NCBI GenBank assembly: GCA_963643505.1
Contig: CAVIKF010000008.1
Location: 2,363 to 66,362, forward strand
Reading direction: 5' to 3'
DNA from: Eggerthellaceae bacterium
GTDB lineage: Bacteria; Actinomycetota; Coriobacteriia; Coriobacteriales; Eggerthellaceae
Length of the DNA stretch: 64,000 nucleotides
Position 1 is the stretch's first letter. Each line of letters starts with the position of its first letter. This document shows positions 50,483-60,180 of this stretch, one piece after another. A model generated the notes under the pieces. That model was not told the origin of the DNA. It worked only from the letters and a program-made list of their open reading frames with translations, and searched no databases. The translations under genes and the position numbers were made by a program.

Positions 50483-51733
50483 TACCTCGATCTCGTCGCC
50501 GGGCTTCGGGGCGTTCGTCCTGTCGACAATGGCGAGCGCATCACATTGCATCATGCCAGCGCCCATGCTGCCGGGATTAGCAACGTAGTGGCCGTCTTCA
50601 ACGGACAACGTGAAGAAGCGCATGAACTCCTCGTTGGGATGACGATCGGCGCCCTTAGGCCCTTTGGGGCCCTTGCCGTCCTTTGGGTTGTTGGGTTTGG
50701 GGCCCATCGGCTGCTTCGACTCGGCAAGCACTGCCTTGACCTTGGTGCGCGCAAACGCGGGCTTGCCCTGGAGTTTTGCAATCGCATAGCGGACGAGCCA
50801 TTGCCACACGACGAATGCGGCCATCGTCGGTCCGGGGAGGTTTACGTGGGGCGTGCCGTCGATGACGCTCGCTGCGGCGACGCGCGCGGGGCGCAACAAC
50901 ACGCCGTGTTGGTAGAACGTTGCCCCTTCAGCGAGCAGTGCTGCGTTGAAGTCCTCGGAGCCCTTGGAGCTGCCGCCGTTGATGAGCACAAGGTCGGCGG
51001 CCTCGCGGGCACGCGCAAGCGCATCCACGAGCGCTGGCTTCGAGTCGCTCACGATAGGGAACATGATCGGGTCCGCGCCGGCATCGATGATGAGCTGGCG
51101 AATCATGAAGGAGTTGCTGTCGGCGATCTTGCCGCGTTGAAGTACCTCGCCTGCGGAGACGAGCTCATTGCCTGTGGGGATGAACGCGATGCGAATCTTG
51201 CGGCGGACGGGAATGACGGTGTGACCGACGCTTGCGAGAAGGGCCATCGTGCGCGCCGTAAGGACGGTGCCTGCAGGGAGGACGGGGTCGCCTACCTGCA
51301 TGGTGCTGCCGGGTTGCTTGATCTTGTCGGGGCCCATGATTGAGGGCGGGTCGTCGACGAGTCGGATGCCGCCGTTTCCGAGGAACTCGACCCCCTCGAC
51401 GTGGGTCGTACAGTTGAATTCGTCGGGAAAATCGTCGCCCATGTCGGCGCGGACCCAGTCGACGCCTTCGACCCATGTTGCGGTCACCTCGTCGCTCGGC
51501 ATGCCGTTTGCGAACGCCTCATAGAGCATAGCAACCGAATCGCCTTGGGCGGATTTGCCCGAGGGGAGTTGGTAGCGGGAGACCATGTCGCGCGCCAACA
51601 CGCGTCCCGCGCATTCTTGGAGAGGAAGGATCTCCTCACCCTCGATCGCTTCGATGGCGCCGAGGAATTTCTCGACGAACTCGGTGCGGGGTATCGGACC
51701 CAGCCCGATGCCGGCGTCGGTGACAAGTGCCAT
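50471..51733 (-). CDS. moeA: Molybdopterin molybdenumtransferase (MoeA family)
   Basis: Motifs are LPLQECAGRVLARDMVS (typical of the MoeA N-domain), IAFIPTGNELV, GKIADSNSFMI and LVLINGGSSKGSEDF. A Lys/Pro/Gly-rich insert (PKPNNPKDGKGPKGPKG) lies near the C-terminal domain. Confidence 0.82.
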   Translation of the reverse strand: MALVTDAGIGLGPIPRTEFVEKFLGAIEAIEGEEILPLQECAGRVLARDMVSRYQLPSGKSAQGDSVAMLYEAFANGMPSDEVTATWVEGVDWVRADMGDDFPDEFNCTTHVEGVEFLGNGGIRLVDDPPSIMGPDKIKQPGSTMQVGDPVLPAGTVLTARTMALLASVGHTVIPVRRKIRIAFIPTGNELVSAGEVLQRGKIADSNSFMIRQLIIDAGADPIMFPIVSDSKPALVDALARAREAADLVLINGGSSKGSEDFNAALLAEGATFYQHGVLLRPARVAAASVIDGTPHVNLPGPTMAAFVVWQWLVRYAIAKLQGKPAFARTKVKAVLAESKQPMGPKPNNPKDGKGPKGPKGADRHPNEEFMRFFTLSVEDGHYVANPGSMGAGMMQCDALAIVDRTNAPKPGDEIEVELI

Positions 51734-51830
51734 GGGTACCTCCTAGGAGAAATGAGTGTATGCGTACATTATTGTATCCTTAAATAATTAATGTTAATTA
51801 ACTATAATTCCTACTAAGGATAATTTGGCA

Positions 51831-51904
51831 TCTGAGGGTTACAAGGACTCTGAGGTTTACAAGGACTTTGAGGTTGTTTGGCATCTGAGGTTGGCAAGGA
51901 CTTT
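51831..51904 (+). repeat. Three ~19-nt direct repeats TGAGG(G)TTNNCAAGGACTYT in the leader of the 1907-aa gene
   Basis: Copies lie at about 51831-51850, 51851-51869 and 51885-51904. TTTGGCATCTGAGG is also duplicated (51824-37 and 51877-90). A very AT-rich stretch with TTAATTAA lies immediately upstream (51769-51826). Confidence 0.8.
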
Positions 51905-51924
51905 GGACGTAAGGGAGAAAAGTC

Positions 51925-54900
51925 TTGGTTGAGACCAAGCCCACCGGGCAACATAGCCTTTTGGAGCGCACGTGCGTGAAGGATGTTGCGGCTAAGATTC
52001 TCCGTGCCGGGCTTGCCGTTCCTTTGAGCGTGTGCCTTGTCCCTACCGCAGCACTCGCCCAGGACAGCGCAACCCAATCGGATTCGTTGCCGTCCGCCTC
52101 CCTCGAGGAGACATCTGCCCAGACGTCGTCCGCATCGTTGTCTGTATTCTCACCTATATCCGAGACCGCATCGGACGCGGCCACCGGGTCTTCCCAACGC
52201 TCCCACGTATCGTCTTCGACATGCGATGCCGCGGCGGCCGAGGAGGGCGGCGCGCTTCCCGCGGAGATCGGGGCCATCGACCAAGGCGCGCTCTCCACGA
52301 CGACCGAGGCCATCGACCTCAGCGCTCTCATCGTGGGGCAACAGGCAAGCTCTTCGACCACTATCGTGCTGACCGAGGGAGGTACGTACCGCTTGACCAG
52401 CGACATCACGACGAGCAAGCGTCTTGAGATCAAAGCACCAGACGCCGATGTCACCATCGACCTCTCGTCGTTCTCGCTGACGTTCGATACGCCGCGTCAA
52501 GAGATGTCGACCTTGGCGCAGGGACTTGTGGTCCGAGCGGCAAAATCCGTCAACGTCACAGGCTCGCTCGACACGCTCGAGTCGGACCAGATTATCTTGA
52601 CGAGCTCGAGCAAAACGCAGGGACTTGGATCCGCCGTCACCGCGGTGGCTGCAGGATGTGACGTCTCGCTCGGCAATGTCGGAATCCGCGTTTCCGGTGT
52701 TGACGAGGGCGCGCAGCTTCGCACGCTGAACGCGGAGGGCATCCGCGCCACCAAGGGCTCGCTTGAACTCGACGGGGTTGCGGTCACGGTCGATCTGAGC
52801 AACCAGACCGAGGTCAACAATACGGTCAATGCGATGAAGGGTGCCCCTGTCGGCGTCTATGTCGGCGCAAGCGTTAAGGCGGCGCGCCTCGGTGACTCTG
52901 CCATTGTTGTGCATGGTACGCCAAACGTCGCGGTCGATACGCTCTCGCGCGACCTTCAACCTGGTAGCGCCACCGGCATCTACTCCCTCATGAGCGACTC
53001 GGCGATCGAGGTGTCTTCAACCTCTTTTGACGTTGACGCGCCGATTGGATTGGCGACGGGCATCAACGCTGTCAAGATGGCGCTTGGGGGCAGCGAGGCG
53101 ACGAGCGACAACGGGGGCAGCGAGAAAAACGGCCTCAGCGAGGCGACGGGTGGCAGCAAGGAGAACCGCCTCAGCAAGGTGATGGGCATCAGCGTCAACG
53201 TGAACGCGAAGCAGCGCGCTATAGCGGTCCAAGCGAGCGGCGGTGTGTCTTCCGCGGCGCTGAACTGCGAGCTTGCGGTGACGTACAAGGGCGCGAGCGT
53301 CCCTTCCGTTGCCTGTGCGCTTTACAATGCGACCGAGAGCGCCTTTGTGTTGGGGAAGGAGTTTGGCGGCGCGGGCCTCGGGGTCGTCGTCGGTGCTTTC
53401 GGCGGGTCCCAAAATGCCGATGGGGCGTATTTCGCCTCCTTCTCTGACGAGATTGCGACAAGCGATTGGGATCGCTTTGCAGGCATGTTTATCAACGGGC
53501 TGTCCTCGGGCGCACCGTGTGCGGTCGACGCCAACGAACGGGGCCTCTTCTTCCGGTTTGACGCTGCAAGCGCGCGGGCGATCGTTGAGACGGCGGAAGG
53601 GGAGACGCTGTACTGTTCCTCGGCCCAAGAGGCGCTCGACAAGGCGACTACCGGCTCGACGGTGCGGTTGATGGCGGATTCGGATGCAGTTGCGTTCGCG
53701 GGGGACGCACAAGAGGGCGACGAGTTTGCGCTCGATTTGTGCGGACATGCGCTCGCGGGGCTTTCTACCTCCTCACGCGGGACACTTTTTGTCAAGGACT
53801 CTTTGGGGACAGGCTCGATTATCGGCACGGTAACTGCAGGAGATGCGGGGTCGTTGATCCTCAACTCCATCGAGGTGACCGTCATCGACCATGTGCAAGC
53901 CGCAATTGGTGTGCGCGTTGGCGCCCATGCGCATTTCGAGGCGCACAACTGCGCGATCTCTGTGAGCTCGTACACTTCCCAAGTGTGTGCAATCACAGCC
54001 GAGAGCGCGGGCGATGCAACGACTATCCTCGACGGATGTACCGTTAACGCCACGACCTATGCGGGCAGCGAAGCGGCTTTCGGCATCGTCAGCCGCGCAG
54101 AGCAGGGCGCTCTCAAGGTGTATGGATGCACGGTGGTCGTGCGCTCCATGAAAGGAACCTGTGGGGGCATCGACGCGGTTACTGGCGTCGAGGTCTCCTC
54201 CACGCACATCGGCGTCACGGCCGCGTGCGATGCGCAAAGCGCTTGGGGCATCAAGCTGTCGGGAGACGGGGCTTGGGGCCGTATCATGGAGAGCGCGATC
54301 AGCGTCTTGTCAGAGGATGCGAGCCTTTCGGGAGAGTACTGGTGTCTTCAGGCCGACTCGACGTTAAGCCCTAGCAACGAAGTGGCTTGGACATTTGACG
54401 GTGCGTGCTCTTTTATAAGCGCGAGGAACACCGTTTTGAGTCTGAGCGGTGCGCCCGTTGTGTTGGGGGCGGGGTTTGCTGCGGAAAGCGGGAGCATCTT
54501 CCTTCGCGATAGCGGGCTTGCCAACAACACCATTGCGACGGCGCGCGACGCTGCCCAAGATCTTGCCGCCGTTGCCGGTTCCTTTGCCTCGATTGCGGGC
54601 GATGTCCGAGAGGGATGGCTTGTCGTTCCCTCAGACGAGGGGTCAAGCCTGCGTTGGACGCGCACGCCGGCGGTGTCGAATCCCGTGCGGGGAGAGTCGT
54701 ATTCCTCTCTCAAGGAGGCAATTGCCGCCTCAACTTCGGGTGACACCCTTGTGTTGCTTGCTGACTGTACCGAGCATGCGATGGAGATAGACCACGGCGT
54801 CGAGATTGACCTGGCGGGGCATGTGCTCACGCTTGCCGCCTATGATGACGCATCGCGTGAGAGAGCAGGCGCCGCGCTTGTGTACAACGGGCAGGACACA

Positions 54901-57648
54901 CTTGTGTTTCGAGATTCCAGTGCCGAACATGTCGGCGCCGTTCGCGCCCTTGTCGGTGCGCGTCATGAGGCATCAGCAAGCGCGACCACCTATGTTGGCT
55001 TTTCCATTGCGGCGGGCGGCACGCTTGTCTTCGACCGATGCGAGGCGGAGGTGGGATATGCTGGAGTTGGCGAGGCGACGGCCTTGTCGCTCATAGGGGT
55101 TGCGGTCGATGACGGCTCGCTCTCCCTTGTCAATGGAACAACCCTGCACGCCCTTCTCGACGGCACTACCTATGCCCTCGCGATGACGGGCATCGAGGTC
55201 GCCCAGTCAGGAAAAGTGTCGGGGGAGGTCCCTTGTGTATCAATCTCTGCGGACAGCGCCTGCACGGTCGACAACTCCGCACCGTCTGCGCTCAGGGGCG
55301 CCGTGGCGACCGTTGCCCGCACGAGCACGAACACGGCGGTTGCGAGCCGCAACGCGAACCTCGTGCGCTTCTACCCCGCGCAAGGTAGCGATTTGTACGA
55401 GGAGATCCAGGAGAAGTTCAGGGCCCAGGCGAAATACGACGGCACCTACCCGGCCAACGTGGCCGATGCCGATGACGTCGTGTACGGCACCCGGGTCTAC
55501 TACGCGGCCCAGCTCGCGCTCGACAACGGCCTGCTTGTTTGGGCGTATTCCGACCCGGTGGGCGCGGACGAGGTGGGTCCGATTGAAAACGTCGTCGCGA
55601 CGTCGTTTTTCACCTCCTCGAAATACAACCTCGTTCCCACCGCATGCGCCATCCGTTCTTCCTCCTCCTTCGAGGGGTCCTTGATCGTCGAAGGCAAGGT
55701 TGCAGCGACGTGCGATGCCGGAGACGCGACCGGCATCGACTGTCCCTCACAGGCACGTTGTGAGATTGGCGAGACGGCGCAGGTCACGGCGCAGGCGGGG
55801 GACAAACCGGTGTACCGCCTCGGAGGGTTGTTCGACCTGCGCGACCATATCGCTCTCGGCGGCGAGGAGGGCGAGGTCGTCCAATATCCGGAAAACGACA
55901 AGGAGCACCTCGTCACGTACGAGTATCCGTCAGCGCGCGCCCTTTCCGAGGAGATGGTGCAGACGGGATCTGCGACCAAGATCAACTCGGCAGCAACGCT
56001 TTCTGAGCGTGCGGGCAGAGACGAGCCGGCCCTCTTGACGCAGCTGCCCGATTTCGCCAGTGCAGACGTTGCGGTGACGCTTACGGGTGTGCGCACGTCT
56101 TCGGGGGAGTTGGGCGCGGACGTGAGCGCGACGGTTGGACGGGACGACTCTCTTGCGTCCATCGCCTCGATGATCTCCGATACGCCCGACTACACTGAGG
56201 GCGGTCTGCGCTTCCATTTCGTGGGATGGCGTGTGCGCGGGGCATCGAGCACGCTTGTGTACAGTGCCTGCGCGATCGCGAGCGGGGAGGTTGTCGCATC
56301 CGCTCTTCCGGGATCCTCTGACGGCGCGGTGACACTTGACGCGTGCTACGTCGCGGCGGGTGCGGGGCAGCACGTCATCACGTTCCTTGTTGATTCTTAT
56401 GCCTATAGTTACGCGTCCCAAGCGGGTGCGACCCCGAGCTTTTCCCTCGTCCAAGCGGGGCGGGGCACAGAGACGCCTCCCAAGGTCAATGTCGAGGAGA
56501 ACACCGACTATGCCTTCAGCGGATGGACGGGAGCGAGCGGAGAGGTCTATCGCAGCTCTCTTCCTGCGGTTGTAAGTGATGCAACCTACATCGCAAACTT
56601 CGACTGCACGCCGGCCTCCCTGTCTTTGACGTTTTCCTATTGGGGTCAAGCCGACGGCAGGCTCGTTCGCAAAACGACGACCGAGGCCGTCCCCTTCGGC
56701 AGCGACCCCTCTTCGGTTGCCGCAAAGCTGATGGAGGGCGTTGAGTCATTCGTCGTCGACGGCGACCAAGAGTACCGCTTCGTCGGATGGGCGCCTCGCG
56801 GGTGCGATGACGAGGCATTGTTTGGCTTGCAGCTTCCAACGGTGGAGGCCTCTGATACCTACTACGCTGTTTACGAGAGCTCCTCCTTGCGTTACTCGGT
56901 GTCGTTTATCGTCGACGGCGTGGTCCATGCGGTGGCACAAAGCGTCTCTCCGCTGCTCACAATTGACCAGGTCATGACGCAATTTGGTATAGAGAGCCCC
57001 CTCGGCCAAGACGGGGCGACCTTCCGCGGGTGGGGCCTATCTCCCGACGCGACATCCATCGTTCGCACGAGCCTTCAGACGGTGTACGACCTCGCGGAGG
57101 CGGGGGTGGCATCGCTTGGCTTGTATGCGCTGTTCAATGTGCCGACACCAAGCGAAGATCCGGATACTTCCAAGGACGAAGATGGGTCGGGCGACGACTC
57201 GTCGAAGACGCCCGTCGATCCCGCTGTCGAGGACGACGACGAGGCGAACATCATCGTCACCCCTGCGATTACGCGCCAAGACGCCCCCGACGCGGTTGTG
57301 GTTTCGGAGGGCGGTTCCCCGTCGAGTTCGAGTGCCCTGGCTCGCTCAGCGTCCGGTTCCTCTGGCGTCTCGGCGGTGGCGGGAACCCTCGAGTCTGCCG
57401 CGGTCGCGTCATCGAGCACGGACGGCGCCGCCTCGGTACGCGAGGTTGTTGAGGGCGACGTATCAACCGACCTCGTCTTAGACAGCTCCGACCCCGCCAA
57501 CGTCTTCGCGTTTGCTGCGGCGGTGCTCGCCGCCCTCCTCGCTGCTGCGGCGGCGACCTGGCGTTCCCTTCGCAACGGTGCGCTTGACCGCGCATCCGAC
57601 GAGAGCGACAAGAGCGAACCGGCCTCCACGAGAAACATCGAGTTCTGA
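51925..57648 (+). CDS. Giant (1907 aa) cell-surface protein: signal peptide, long beta-helix-like Ala/Gly/Ser/Val-rich region, Listeria-Bacteroides-type repeats, C-terminal TM anchor
   Basis: The TTG start follows AAGGGAGAA 5 nt upstream. The signal peptide is ...LAVPLSVCLVPTAALA-QDS. Flg_new-like units are HFVGWRVRG, YAFSGWTGASGEVY...ATYIANF, YRFVGWAPRG...TYYAVY and ATFRGWGLSPD...LYALF. An acidic Ser/Asp-rich stalk follows. The TM segment FAFAAAVLAALLAAAAATW is followed by a charged tail. No LPXTG motif is seen. Confidence 0.8.
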   Translation: MVETKPTGQHSLLERTCVKDVAAKILRAGLAVPLSVCLVPTAALAQDSATQSDSLPSASLEETSAQTSSASLSVFSPISETASDAATGSSQRSHVSSSTCDAAAAEEGGALPAEIGAIDQGALSTTTEAIDLSALIVGQQASSSTTIVLTEGGTYRLTSDITTSKRLEIKAPDADVTIDLSSFSLTFDTPRQEMSTLAQGLVVRAAKSVNVTGSLDTLESDQIILTSSSKTQGLGSAVTAVAAGCDVSLGNVGIRVSGVDEGAQLRTLNAEGIRATKGSLELDGVAVTVDLSNQTEVNNTVNAMKGAPVGVYVGASVKAARLGDSAIVVHGTPNVAVDTLSRDLQPGSATGIYSLMSDSAIEVSSTSFDVDAPIGLATGINAVKMALGGSEATSDNGGSEKNGLSEATGGSKENRLSKVMGISVNVNAKQRAIAVQASGGVSSAALNCELAVTYKGASVPSVACALYNATESAFVLGKEFGGAGLGVVVGAFGGSQNADGAYFASFSDEIATSDWDRFAGMFINGLSSGAPCAVDANERGLFFRFDAASARAIVETAEGETLYCSSAQEALDKATTGSTVRLMADSDAVAFAGDAQEGDEFALDLCGHALAGLSTSSRGTLFVKDSLGTGSIIGTVTAGDAGSLILNSIEVTVIDHVQAAIGVRVGAHAHFEAHNCAISVSSYTSQVCAITAESAGDATTILDGCTVNATTYAGSEAAFGIVSRAEQGALKVYGCTVVVRSMKGTCGGIDAVTGVEVSSTHIGVTAACDAQSAWGIKLSGDGAWGRIMESAISVLSEDASLSGEYWCLQADSTLSPSNEVAWTFDGACSFISARNTVLSLSGAPVVLGAGFAAESGSIFLRDSGLANNTIATARDAAQDLAAVAGSFASIAGDVREGWLVVPSDEGSSLRWTRTPAVSNPVRGESYSSLKEAIAASTSGDTLVLLADCTEHAMEIDHGVEIDLAGHVLTLAAYDDASRERAGAALVYNGQDTLVFRDSSAEHVGAVRALVGARHEASASATTYVGFSIAAGGTLVFDRCEAEVGYAGVGEATALSLIGVAVDDGSLSLVNGTTLHALLDGTTYALAMTGIEVAQSGKVSGEVPCVSISADSACTVDNSAPSALRGAVATVARTSTNTAVASRNANLVRFYPAQGSDLYEEIQEKFRAQAKYDGTYPANVADADDVVYGTRVYYAAQLALDNGLLVWAYSDPVGADEVGPIENVVATSFFTSSKYNLVPTACAIRSSSSFEGSLIVEGKVAATCDAGDATGIDCPSQARCEIGETAQVTAQAGDKPVYRLGGLFDLRDHIALGGEEGEVVQYPENDKEHLVTYEYPSARALSEEMVQTGSATKINSAATLSERAGRDEPALLTQLPDFASADVAVTLTGVRTSSGELGADVSATVGRDDSLASIASMISDTPDYTEGGLRFHFVGWRVRGASSTLVYSACAIASGEVVASALPGSSDGAVTLDACYVAAGAGQHVITFLVDSYAYSYASQAGATPSFSLVQAGRGTETPPKVNVEENTDYAFSGWTGASGEVYRSSLPAVVSDATYIANFDCTPASLSLTFSYWGQADGRLVRKTTTEAVPFGSDPSSVAAKLMEGVESFVVDGDQEYRFVGWAPRGCDDEALFGLQLPTVEASDTYYAVYESSSLRYSVSFIVDGVVHAVAQSVSPLLTIDQVMTQFGIESPLGQDGATFRGWGLSPDATSIVRTSLQTVYDLAEAGVASLGLYALFNVPTPSEDPDTSKDEDGSGDDSSKTPVDPAVEDDDEANIIVTPAITRQDAPDAVVVSEGGSPSSSSALARSASGSSGVSAVAGTLESAAVASSSTDGAASVREVVEGDVSTDLVLDSSDPANVFAFAAAVLAALLAAAAATWRSLRNGALDRASDESDKSEPASTRNIEF

Positions 57649-58916
57649 TGGCCGGGTTGCGTGGGTTGAAACGTCGGGCGGATACGCTGGTGGCACGCGA
57701 TATCGCCTTCAGCGATGACGGCGACAACGACTACGCCGATCAGGTGAGGATCGGCCACGGCGTCGACCCCCGCACGCGCGTGATCATCGTTTTGGGTGTC
57801 GTACTTGTCGTGCTGTACGTCTTCGGGCTCATCGTGCCCAAAAACATCATCAACACGGGCTTGAACGAGTCGGGAATCAACAAGGGCTACACGCTCAGCT
57901 GGTTTGTTGAAGCGCTCATGACGAACATGAACGACCTCGTCGCCGTTGTGTGTGGCAACGGCTCTGTCGAGCAGGCGGTCCCATTGTGTACGCTTGTCAT
58001 CGTCGCGCTCACGGGCGCGGGGATGGCGATGTGTGGCTCGGTATACCAGGGAACGTTCAAAAACGCGCTTGTGTCTCCCTCGACGCTCGGCGTTATGAGC
58101 GGCGCGAGCCTTGGCATGACGCTTTGGGTCCTCCTGTTTGTCGCGGATGACGCGTTTGAGGAGCCATGGACGTTGGCTCATATCGAATCGCAGGGTCCGT
58201 TTTCCTACCTTTGGGATATGTACGGGCTTGCCATCTGCTCCTTTGTCGGATGTATTCTTGTGGTCTTTCTCGTTGTCGCGAGCATTCGCATCGTCGGCGG
58301 CGGTCGCACGTCGGGCATCATGATGATCGTCACCGGTCAGGTGCTCGGCGCGGTCATGGGTGCGCTGACCAACACGGCGCGCTACTACTATGTCGAGACC
58401 AATCCCGAGGGGCTCAAGGCACAGTTGCTCCAAGAGTTGCAAATCGCCTCGTTCTACCGCTCGTTCACGATAGTCGACATCCTCGCGGTTGGCATTCCGC
58501 TTCTCCTCACGTTCTTGCTGATTATGCGCTTGCGGCAAAAGATGATGGCGCTTTCCTTCGATGAGGCGGAGGCGCGCACGATGGGTGTCGACGTGAAACT
58601 CATCCGCTATGGCATCATCGCGCTTTGCACACTGACGACCGCCATCGTCGTGAGCTTTTGCGGCCACGTCGGTTTCGTTGGCTTCCTCGTACCCCATATG
58701 GCGCGTCGTCTCGTTGGCCCGAACTTCAGGTATCTGCTTCCTGCGGCGACACTGCTCGGCGCGGTTTTCGTATTGGCTGCCTACCTCGTCATCGCGATTA
58801 CGCTCGGACCTGATTACGAGACGATGACCGGCATGTTCATCAGCATCTTGGGCGCGACGATCTTTCTTATCACGGCGCTTAGTGGGAAGGGGGGTGCCCA
58901 AGGTGAGTTCCGATAG
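57648..58916 (+). CDS. FecCD-family ABC permease (iron-siderophore/heme/B12 type)
   Basis: ATG overlaps the upstream stop (TGATG). The typical FecCD core is GAGMAMCGSVYQGTFKNALVSPSTLGVMSGASLG...GHVGFVGFLVPHMARRLVG. A ~40-aa N-terminal cytoplasmic extension is present. Confidence 0.88.
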   Translation: MAGLRGLKRRADTLVARDIAFSDDGDNDYADQVRIGHGVDPRTRVIIVLGVVLVVLYVFGLIVPKNIINTGLNESGINKGYTLSWFVEALMTNMNDLVAVVCGNGSVEQAVPLCTLVIVALTGAGMAMCGSVYQGTFKNALVSPSTLGVMSGASLGMTLWVLLFVADDAFEEPWTLAHIESQGPFSYLWDMYGLAICSFVGCILVVFLVVASIRIVGGGRTSGIMMIVTGQVLGAVMGALTNTARYYYVETNPEGLKAQLLQELQIASFYRSFTIVDILAVGIPLLLTFLLIMRLRQKMMALSFDEAEARTMGVDVKLIRYGIIALCTLTTAIVVSFCGHVGFVGFLVPHMARRLVGPNFRYLLPAATLLGAVFVLAAYLVIAITLGPDYETMTGMFISILGATIFLITALSGKGGAQGEFR

Positions 58917-60180
58917 GCACGTGCCCCGTTTTGCGGGCAACGCCACCGCGATCGAGATTGCGCGCCTCCAAAACGGTGAGGAATTGCCTTCGCCGTCGTC
59001 TCCCGTAACCGGCGCAGACCGCCCTGTGAGCCAGGCGCAGACGAACAGGCGCCTACGTTTTGAGCGTGCAGATACGCGGAACAAGGTCGTGGTGTGTGTG
59101 GCGGTGCTCGCCGTGCTCGTGTTTTTCAGCCTTTGTCTCACCGGCGCCGCGGGCCAATACTACTTGGGGAGCTACGGGTACGCCACCTACTCGCCGTTTC
59201 AGGTCGCCTACGTGCTCTATCTGCATGCGTATAATGCAATCGGCTCCCTGACCCATTGGTTTGACCCGTATTCGAACCAATGGCTCCTCGAGAACGCGGA
59301 GGGGTATTGGGCGATATTCAACCGACTCGGCGTCATCGTCATCACGATGCTTTGTGCGGTTCTGCTTTCCATCTCGGGTATGTTGTACCAAAACGTGTTC
59401 AAGAACCCCATCGCCGGACCGGGCATGCTCGGGGTTTCGAGTGGCGTGACACTTGGCATGATGATCCTCGTCGCCGTGTGGGGGACGGGCGCAACCTCGA
59501 TGCTCCAAGAGCGATACCTTTTGTGCTACGGGCTCGGCGCACTCATCTTGGTGTTCGTGATATTTGCAGGATGGAAGCTCTCGGGGCGGGGTCGCCCGTT
59601 CGACGTCGTCACGATGTTGCTCATAGGCTCGATCCTAGCCCAACTCATCGGCTTCGTGGTCAGTTTCGTGACGCTGTTCGTCATGGACGATACCTCCTAC
59701 GACATCTATTTCGAGCTCTCGCAGATGCTCACCGTAGATACCTCGGAGCTGAGCTGGGCGTGTCTTTCCATCGCCGTTCTTGCGTCGTTTGTACCGGTGT
59801 ATTTGCTGCGCTTCCACATGAACGCGCTCGGGCTCGACGAGACCGAGATGCGCATTTTGGGATTGTCGGGGGTGCGCCTGCGCGGCGTCGCGCTCGTGTG
59901 TGGCGCGATCATGATCTTGGCGGCTCAAATCCATGTCGGCATGGTTGGTCTCGTCAGTCTGGTCGTCCCCCTTGTCGCCCGGCGTCTGTTCGGGTGCGAG
60001 TTCAGAAAGCAGATGGTAGGGTGTGCGTGTTTGAGCACGATCTTGCTTGTCGTGTGCCGCGACATTGCCGATCTCATCCCATTCGTGGGTGACGGGATCG
60101 CAATCGGCTCTGTCGTCGGCGTGGCGATGGTGCCCCTGTTCCTTTTGATTGTCGCAAGACAGACGAGGAGGGACGCGTAG
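58903..60180 (+). CDS. FecCD-family ABC permease, second subunit
   Basis: The core is SISGMLYQNVFKNPIAGPGMLGVSSGVTLG...VGMVGLVSLVVPLVARRLFG. I prefer GTG 58903 because GGGAAGGGGGG lies 8 nt upstream; this gives a 14-nt overlap with the upstream gene. The ORF-track start is 58882. A ~70-aa N-terminal extension is present. Confidence 0.85.
   Translation: MSSDRHVPRFAGNATAIEIARLQNGEELPSPSSPVTGADRPVSQAQTNRRLRFERADTRNKVVVCVAVLAVLVFFSLCLTGAAGQYYLGSYGYATYSPFQVAYVLYLHAYNAIGSLTHWFDPYSNQWLLENAEGYWAIFNRLGVIVITMLCAVLLSISGMLYQNVFKNPIAGPGMLGVSSGVTLGMMILVAVWGTGATSMLQERYLLCYGLGALILVFVIFAGWKLSGRGRPFDVVTMLLIGSILAQLIGFVVSFVTLFVMDDTSYDIYFELSQMLTVDTSELSWACLSIAVLASFVPVYLLRFHMNALGLDETEMRILGLSGVRLRGVALVCGAIMILAAQIHVGMVGLVSLVVPLVARRLFGCEFRKQMVGCACLSTILLVVCRDIADLIPFVGDGIAIGSVVGVAMVPLFLLIVARQTRRDA

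Noticed and set aside
2412-57648. Canonical LPXTG sortase signals at the C-termini of the five giant proteins.
   Set aside because: None was found by eye. Three proteins end in dockerin-like modules and one ends in a plain TM anchor. The 1614-aa protein has only an APSTG variant, which I report as uncertain rather than call a sortase substrate.
57075-59141. 688-aa minus-strand ORF spanning the end of the giant surface-protein gene and the first FecCD permease.
   Set aside because: It is antisense to a clear FecCD permease and is Arg/Asp/His-rich low complexity with no motifs.
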